Assembly: GCA_964016885.1 (NCBI GenBank)
Contig: OZ024741.1
Coordinates: 254,510,001-254,574,000 of the forward strand
Source of the DNA: Eledone cirrhosa
Lineage: Eukaryota
DNA length: 64,000 nucleotides
Direction: 5' to 3'
The notes under the pieces were generated by a model that did no database searches, had not been told where the DNA came from, and saw only the letters and a list, made by a program, of their open reading frames with translations. This document shows positions 55,501 to 64,000 of this stretch, piece after piece (position 1 is the stretch's first letter; the number at the start of each line of letters is the position of its first letter). The position numbers were made by a program, and so were the translations under genes.

Positions 55501-57500
55501 AAACAGCAACAACAGCAACAACACTGGCACTGACACAGAAAACAGCAACAACTACAACAACACTGGCACTGACAGAGAAAACAGCAACAACTACAACAAC
55601 CCTGGCACTGACAGAGAAAACAGCAACAACTACAACAACACTGGCACTGACAGAGAAAACAGCAACAACTACAACAGCACTGGCACTGACAGAGAAAACA
55701 GCAACAGCAACAACACTGGCACTGACACAGAAAACAGCAACAACAGCAACAACAACACTGGCACTGACACAGAAAACAGCAACAACAGCAACAACAACAC
55801 TGGCACTGACACAGAAAACAGCAACAACAACAACACTGGCACTGACAGAGAAAACAGCAACAATAACACTGGCACTGACAGAGAAAACAGCAACAACAAC
55901 AACACTGGCACTGACACAGAAAACAGCAACAACAACAGTGTCACTGACACAGAAAACAGCAACAACTACAACAACACTGGCACTGACAGAGAAAACAACA
56001 ACAACAACAACACTGGCACTGATACAGAAAACAGAAACAACTACAACAACACTGGCACTGACAGAGAAAGCAGCAACAACTACAACAACACTGGCACTGA
56101 CAGAGAAAACAGCAACAGCATAACACTGGCACTGACACAGAAAACAGCAACAACTACAACAACACTGGCACTGACAGAGAAAACAGCAACAACTACAACA
56201 ACACTGGCACTGACAGAGAAAACAGCAACAACTACAACAACACTGGCACTGACACAGAAAACAGCAACAACAGCAACAACAACACTGGCACTGACACAGA
56301 AAACAGCAACAACAGCAACAACAACACTGGCACTGACACAGAAAACAGCAACAACAACAACACTGGCACTGACAGAGAAAACAGCAACAACAACACTGGC
56401 ACTGACACAGAAAACAGCAACAACAACAACACTGGCACTGACACAGAAAACAGCAACAACAACAACACTGGCACTGACAGTGAAAATAGCAACAACAACA
56501 ACACTGGCACTGACAGAGAAAACAGCAACAACAACAACAACACTGGCACTGACAGAGAAAACAGCAACAACTACAACACTGGCACTGACAGAGAAAACAG
56601 CAACAACAACAACACTGGCACTGACACAGAAAACAGCAACAACTACAACAACACTGGCACTGACAGAGAAAACAGCAACAACTACAACAACACTGGCACT
56701 CACAGAGAAAACAGCAACAACTACAACAACACTGGCACTGACACAGAAAACAGCAACAACTACAACAACACTGGCACTGACACAGAAAACAGCAACAACT
56801 ACAACAACACTGGCACTGACACAGAAAACAGCAACAACAACAACACTGGCACTGATAGAGAAAACAGCAACAACAACAACACTGGCACTGACAGAGAAAA
56901 CAGCAACAACAACAACACCGGCACTGACACAGAAAACAGCAACAACTACAACAACACTGGCACGGAAAACAGCAACAACAGCAACAACAACACTGGCACT
57001 GACACAGAAAACAGCAACAACAGCAACAACACTGGCACTGACACAGAAAACAGCAACAACAGCAACAACCGTGGCACTGACACAGAAAACAGCAACAACA
57101 GCAACAATAACACTGGCATTGGCACAGAAAACAGCAACAGCAACACTGGAACTGACACAGAAAACAGCAACAGTAACAACAACAACACTGGCACTGACAC
57201 AGAAAACAGCAACAACAACAACACTGGCACTGACAGTGAAAATAGCAACAGCAACAACACTGGCACTGACAGTGAAAATAGCAACAGCAACAACACTGGC
57301 ACTGACAGAGAAAACAGCAACAACAACAACACTGGCACCGACACAGAAAACAGCAACAACAACAACACTGGCACTGACAGAGAAAACAGCAACAACTACA
57401 ACACTGGCACTGACAGAGAAAGCAGCAACAACAACAACAACACTGGCACTGACAGAGAAAACAGCAACAACTACAACAACACTGGCACTGACACAGAAAA
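48260..57500 (+). repeat. Nested duplications: ~48.3-50.4 kb matches ~52.3-54.4 kb (offset ~4.0 kb); ~53.1-55.3 kb matches ~55.3-57.5 kb (offset 2,150-2,225 bp)
   Basis: CAGATTTCAGCA at ~48557 and ~52564. GTGTCACTG at 49784, 53752 and 55938. GCATAACAC with TAA ending at 49969, 53937 and 56123. ORF pairs 54007/56232 and 54721/56946 differ by 2225. Confidence 0.82.
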
Positions 57501-60500
57501 CAACAACAACTACAACAACACTGGCACTGTCAGAGAAAACAGCAACAACAACAACACTGGCACTGACACAGAAAACAGCAACAACTACAACAACACTGGC
57601 ACTGACAGAGAAAACAACAACAACAGCAACAACACTGGCACTGACACAGAAAACAGCAACAACTACAACAACACTGGCACTGGCAGAGAAAACAGCAACA
57701 ACTATAACAACACTGGCACTGACAGAGAAAACAGCAATAACTACAACAACACTGGCACTGACACAGAAAACAGCAACAACTACAACAACACTGGCACTGA
57801 CACAGAAAACAGCAACAACTTCAACAACACTGGCACTGACAGAGAAAACAGCAACAACAACAACAACACTGGCACTGACACAGAAAACAGCAACAACTAC
57901 AACAACACTGGCACTGACAGAGAAAACAGCAACAACTACAACAACACTGGAACTGACAGAGAAAACAGCAACAACTACAACAACAATGGCACTGACACAG
58001 AAAACAGCAACAACTACAACAACACTGGCACTGACACAGAAAACAGCAACAACAACAATAAGACTGGCACTGACACAGAAAACAGCAACAACAACAACAC
58101 TGGCACTGACAGTGAAAATAGCAACAACAACAACACTGGCACTGACAGAGAAAACAGCAACAACTACAACAACACTGGCACTGACAGAGAAAACAGCAAC
58201 AACTTCAACAACACTGGCACTGACAGAGAAAACAGCAACAACAACAACACTGGCACTGACAGAGAAAACAGCAACAACTACAACAACACTGGCACTGACA
58301 CAGAAAACAGCAACAACTACAACAACACTGGCACTGACAGTGAAAACAGCAACAACTACAACAACATTGGCACTGACACAGAAAACAGCAACAACAACAA
58401 CACTGGCACTGACACAGAAAACAGCAACAACTACAACAAAACTGGCACTGACAGAGAAAACAGCAACAACTACAACAACACTGGCACTGACAGAGAAAAC
58501 AGCAACAACTACAACAACACTGGCACTGACACAGAAAACAGCAACAACAACACTGGCACTGACACAGAAAACAGCAACAACTACAACAACACTGGCACTG
58601 ACAGAGAAAACAGCAACAACAACAACACTGGCACTGACAGAGAAAACAGCAACAACTACAACAACACTGGCACTGACAGAGAAAACAGCAACAACTACAA
58701 CAACACTGGCACTGACACAGAAAACAGCAACAACTACAACAACAGTGGCACTGACAGAGAAAACAGCAACAACAACAACACTGGCACTGACAGAGAAAAC
58801 AGCAACAACAACAACACTCGCACTGACAGAGAAAACAGCAACAACAACAACACCGGCACTGACACAGAAAACAGCAACAACTACAACAACACTGGCACTG
58901 ACAGAGAAAACAGCAACAACTACAACAGCACTGGCACTGACAGAGAAAACAGCAACAACAACAACACTAGCACTGACACAGAAAACAGCAACAACAGCAA
59001 CAACAACAGTGGCACTGACACAGAAAACAGCAACAACAGCAACAATAACACTGGCACTGGCACAGAAAACAGCAACAGCAACAACAACAACAACACTGGA
59101 ACTGACACAGAAAACAGCAACAGTAACAACAACAACACTGGCACTGACACAGAAAACAGCAACAGCAAGAACACTGGCACTGACACAGAAAACAGCAACA
59201 ACTACAACAACACTGGCACGGAAAACAGCAACAACAGCAACAACAACACTGGCACTGACACAGAAAACAGCAACAACAGCAACAACAACACTGGCACTGA
59301 CACAGAAAACAGCAACAACAGCAACAACAGTGGCACTGACACAGAAAACAGCAACAACAGGAACAATAACACTGGCACTGGCGCAGAAAACAGCAACAGT
59401 AACAACAACAACACTGACACTGACACAGAAAACAGCAACAAGAACAGTGGCACTGACACAGAAAACAGCAACAGTAACAACAACAACACTGGCACTGACA
59501 CAGAAAACAGCAACAACAACAACAACACTGGCACTGACACAGAAAACAGCAACAACAACAACACTGGCACTGACAGTGAAAATAGCAACAACAACACTGG
59601 CACTGACAGAGAAAACAGCAACAACAACAACAACACTGGCACTGACAGAGAAAACAGCAACAACTACAACACTGGCACTGACAGAGAAAACAGCAACAAC
59701 AACAACACTGGCACTGACAGAGAAAACAGCAACAACTACAACAACACTGGCACTGACACAGAAAACAGCAACAACAACAACAAAACTGGCACTGACAGAG
59801 AAAACAGCAACAACTACAACAACACTGGCACTGACAGAGAAAACAGCAACAACAACAACACTGGCACTGACAGAGAAAACAGCAACAACAACAACACTGG
59901 CACTGACAGAGAAAACAGCAACAACAACAACACCGGCACTGACACAGAAAACAGCAACAACTACAACACTGGCACTGACAGAGAAAACAGCAACAACTAC
60001 AACAACACTGGCACTGACAGAGAAAACAGCAACAGCAACAACACTGGCACTGACACAGAAAACCGCAACAACAGCAACAACAACACTGGGACTGACACAG
60101 AAAACAGCAACAACAGCAATAACAATGGCACTGACACAGAAAACAGCAACAACAACAACACTGGCACTGACAGAGAAAACAGCAACAACAACACTGGCAC
60201 TGACAGAGAAAACAGCAACAGCAACAACACTGGCACTGACACAGAAAACAGCAACAACAACAGTGGCACTGACACAGAAAACAGCAACAACTACAACAAC
60301 ACTGGCACTGACAGAGAAAACAGCAACAACAACAACACTGGCACTGACACAGAAAACAGCAACAACTACAACAACACTGGCACTGACACAGAAAACAGCA
60401 ACAACTTCAACAACACTGGCACTGACACAGAAAACAGCAACAACTACAACAAAACTGGCACTGACAGAGAAAACAGCAACAACAACAATAACACTGGCAC

Positions 60501-62413
60501 TGACACAGAAAACAGCAACAACAACAACACTGGCACTGACAGTGAAAATAGCAACAACAACAACACTGGCACTGACAGAGAAAACAGCAACAACTACAAC
60601 AACACTGGCACTGACAGAGAAAACAGCAACAACTACAACAACACTGGCACTCACAGAGAAAACAGCAACAACTACAACAACACTGGCACTGACAGAGAAA
60701 ACAGCAACAACTACAACAACACTGGCACTGACAGAGAAAACAGCAACAACTACAACAACACTGGCACTGACACAGAAAACAGCAACAACTACAACAACAC
60801 TGGCACTGACAGTGAAAACAGCAACAACTACAACAACATTGGCACTGACAGAGAAAACAGCAACAACAACAACACCGGCACTGACACAGAAAACAGCAAC
60901 AACTACAACAACACTGGCACTGACAGAGAAAACAGCAACAACTACAAGAACACTGGCACTGACAGAGAAAACAGCAACAACAACAACACTGGCACTGACA
61001 CAGAAAACAGCAACAACTACAACAACACTGGCACTGACAGAGAAAACAGCAACAACTACAACAACACTGGCACTGACAGAGAAAACAGCAACAGCAACAA
61101 CACTGGCACTGGCACAGAAAACAGCAACAACAGCAACAACACTGGCACTGACACAGAAACCAGCAACAACAGCAACAACAACACTGGCACTGACACAGAA
61201 AACAGCAACAACAACAACACTGGCACTGACAGAGAAAACAGCAACAACAACACTGGCACTGACAGAGAAAACAGCAACAACAACACTGGCACTGACACAG
61301 AAAACAGCAACAACAGCAACAACAGCAGTGGCACTGACACAGAAAACAGCAACAACAGCAACAATAACACTGGCACTGGCACAGAAAACAGCAACAACTA
61401 CAACAACACTGGCACTGACAGAGAAAACAGCAACAACTACAACACTGGCACAGACAGAGAAAACAGCAACAACAACAACACTGGCACTGACAGAGAAAAC
61501 AGCAACAACTACAACAACACTTGCACTGACACAGAAAACAGCAACAGCAACAACAACAACAACACTGGCACTGACAGAGAAAACAGCAACTACAAAACTG
61601 GCACTGACAGAGAAAACAGCAACAACAACAACAACACTGGCACTGACACAGAAAACAGCAACAACTACAACAACACTGGCACTGACAGAGAAAACAGCAA
61701 CAACTACAACAACACTGGCACTGACAGAGAAAACAGCAACAACTACAACAACAATGGCACTGACACAGAAAACAGCAACAACTACAACAACACTGGCACT
61801 GACACAGAAAACAGCAACAACAACAATAACACTGGCACTGACACAGAAAACAGCAACAACTTCAACAACACTGGCACTGACAGTGAAAATAGCAACAACA
61901 ACAACACTGGCACTGACAGAGAAAACAGCAACAACTACAACAACACTGGCACTGACACAGAAAACAGCAACAACTTCAACAACACTGGCACTGACAGAGA
62001 AAACAGCAACAACAACAACACTGGCACTGACAGAGAAAACAGCAACAACTACAACAACACTGTCACTGACACAGAAAACAGCAACAACTACAACAACACT
62101 GGCACTGACAGTGAAAACAGCAACAACTACAACAACATTGGCACTGACAGAGAAAACAGCAACAACACTGGCACTGACACAGAAAACAGCAACAACTACA
62201 ACAGAACTGGCACTGACAGAGAAAACAGCAACAACTACAACAACACTGGCACTGACAGAGAAAACAGCAACAACTACAACAACACTGGCACTGACACAGA
62301 AAACAGCAACAACAACAACACTGGCACTGACACAGAAAACAGCAACAACTACAACAACACTGGCACTGACAGAGAAAACAGCAACAACAACAACACTGGC
62401 ACTGACAGAGTAA
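56123..62413 (+). other. Longest stop-free Thr-rich repeat frame (2,097 codons including the stop), not shown to be a gene
   Basis: ORF track 56480..62413, bounded by the GCATAACAC frameshift allele and an AAA>TAA change at 62411. Confidence 0.15.
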
Positions 62414-64000
62414 ACAGCAACAACTACAACAACACTGGCACTGACAGAGAAAACAGCAACAACTACAACAACACTGGCACTGACACAGAAAACAGCAACA
62501 ACTACAACAACAGTGGCACTGACAGAGAAAACAGCAACAACAACAACACTGTCACTGACAGAGAAAACAGCAACAACAACAACACTCGCACTGACAGAGA
62601 AAACAGCAACAACAACAACACCGGCACTGACACAGAAAACAGCAACAACTACAACAACACTGGCACTGACAGAGAAAACAGCAACAACTACAACAACACT
62701 GGCACTGACAGAGAAAACAGCAACAACAACAACAACACTGGCACTGACACAGAAAACAGCAACAACAACAGTGGCACTGACACAGAAAACAGCAACAACA
62801 GCAACAATAACACTGGCACTGGCACAGAAAACAGCAACAGCAACAACAACAACAACACTGGAACTGACACAGAAAACAGCAACAGTAACAACAACAACAC
62901 TGGCACTGACACAGAAAACAGCAACAGCAAGAACACTGGCACTGACACAGAAAACAGCAACAACTACAACAACACTGGCACGGAAAACAGCAACAACAGC
63001 AACAACAACACTGGCACTGACACAGAAAACAGCAACAACAGCAACAACAACACTGGCAGTGACACAGAAATCAGCAACAACAGCAACAACAGTGGCACTG
63101 ACACAGAAAACAGCAACAACAGGAACAATAACACTGGCACTGGCACAGAAAACAGCAACAGTAACAACAACAACACTGGCACTGACACAGAAAACAGCAA
63201 CAACAACAGTGGCACTGACACAGAAAACAGCAACAAGAACAGTGGCACTGACACAGAAAACAGCAACAGTAACAACAACAACACTGGCACTGACACAGAA
63301 AACAGCAACAACAACAACACTGGCACTGACAGTGAAAATAGCAACAACAACACTGGCACTGACAGAGAAAACAGCAACAACAACAACAACACTGGCACTG
63401 ACAGAGAAAACATCAACAACTACAACACTGGCACTGACAGAGAAAACAGCAACAACAACAACAACACTGGCACTGACAGAGAAAACAGCAACAACTACAA
63501 CAACACTGGCACTGACACAGAAAACAGCAACAACAACAACAAAACTGGCACTGACAGAGAAAACAGCAACAACTACAACAACACTGGCACTGTCAGAGAA
63601 AACAGCAACAACAACAACACTGGCACTGACACAGAAAACAGCAACAACTACAACACTGGCACTGACAGAGAAAACAGCAACAACTACAACAACACTGGCA
63701 CTGACAGAGAAAACAGCAACAGCAACAACACTGGCACTGACACAGAAAACCGCAACAAAAGCAACAACACTGGGACTGACACAGAAAACAGCAACAACAG
63801 CAATAACAATGGCACTGACACAGAAAACAGCAACAACAACAACACTGGTACTGACAGAGAAAACAGCAACAACAACACTGGCACTGACAGAGAAAACAGC
63901 AACAACAACAACACTGGCACTGACACAGAAAACAGCAACAACAGTGGCACTGACACAGAAAACAGCAACAACTACAACAACACTGGCACTGACAGAGAAA

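Larger units (their letters stand above)
1..64000 (+). repeat. Tandem minisatellite/satellite array of 36/39-bp monomers (30-45 bp variants), ~1,700 copies, all in one orientation, extending beyond both window ends
   Basis: Direct reading: the first full monomer is 3-41 (CTGGCACTGACAGAGAAAACAGCAACAACTACAACAACA) and the next starts at 42. The core ACACTGGCACTGACA[G/C]AGAAAACAGCAAC recurs throughout up to 64000. Length variation lies mainly in the (ACA)n tail. Copy number is an estimate from mean unit length. Confidence 0.99.
41400..64000 (+). repeat. Older long-range relationships: ~41.4-45.3 kb resembles ~56.7-60.4 kb (offset ~15.3 kb); ~58.0-60.3 kb resembles ~61.7-64.0 kb (offset ~3.7 kb)
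   Basis: ORFs 41629..42078 and 56946..57395 differ by 15317. ACTATAACA plus GCAATAACT occur at ~42.4 and ~57.7 kb. CTCGCACTG at ~43566, ~47672, ~58817 and ~62585. ORFs 58920/62688 differ by 3768. Confidence 0.7.

Noticed and set aside
1-64000. CRISPR array (constant core plus variable part)
   Set aside because: The variable parts are short (ACA)n tails rather than unique spacers. There is no leader or cas gene, and the core is not palindromic.
1-64000. Synthetic or sequencing-artefact origin for the whole array
   Set aside because: Nested duplications with shared and private variants and domain-specific alleles look like natural tandem-repeat evolution. Exact copy number of individual blocks may still be mis-assembled.
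1-64000. tRNA, rRNA, transposon fragments, promoters or any embedded unique sequence
   Set aside because: No stretch departing from the monomer was seen, and every ORF in the six-frame track is a repeat translation.

Overview
The whole 64 kb is one uninterrupted head-to-tail minisatellite/satellite array. I found no unique sequence, inversion, RNA gene, transposon or CRISPR array, and the array runs off both window edges. The consensus monomer on the + strand is CTGGCACTGACA(G/C)AGAAAACAGCAACAAC(T)ACAACAACA. It is mostly 39 or 36 bp, with 30-45 bp variants, giving roughly 1,700 copies (estimated as 64,000/~37.5). The + strand is strongly A/C-rich: the 39-mer has A19 C11 G6 T3. Private variant monomers reveal nested recent duplications with offsets of about 0.25, 0.47, 0.87, 1.4, 1.7, 2.2, 3.5, 8.55, 10.2, 12.2 and 15.3 kb, and two variant-defined sub-domains with a transition at about 36-41 kb. 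The very long ORFs (LALT[E/Q]KTATTTT[T] on +; Val-rich and Cys-rich on -) are largely a product of base composition, since four of six frames are stop-free in the consensus. The Thr frame is broken by 16 single-base deletions from 5 mutation types and by 6 in-frame stops, several of them copied by duplication. The best reading is non-coding satellite DNA or a decayed mucin-like repeat exon; a coding role is unproven and the organism cannot be identified from this window.
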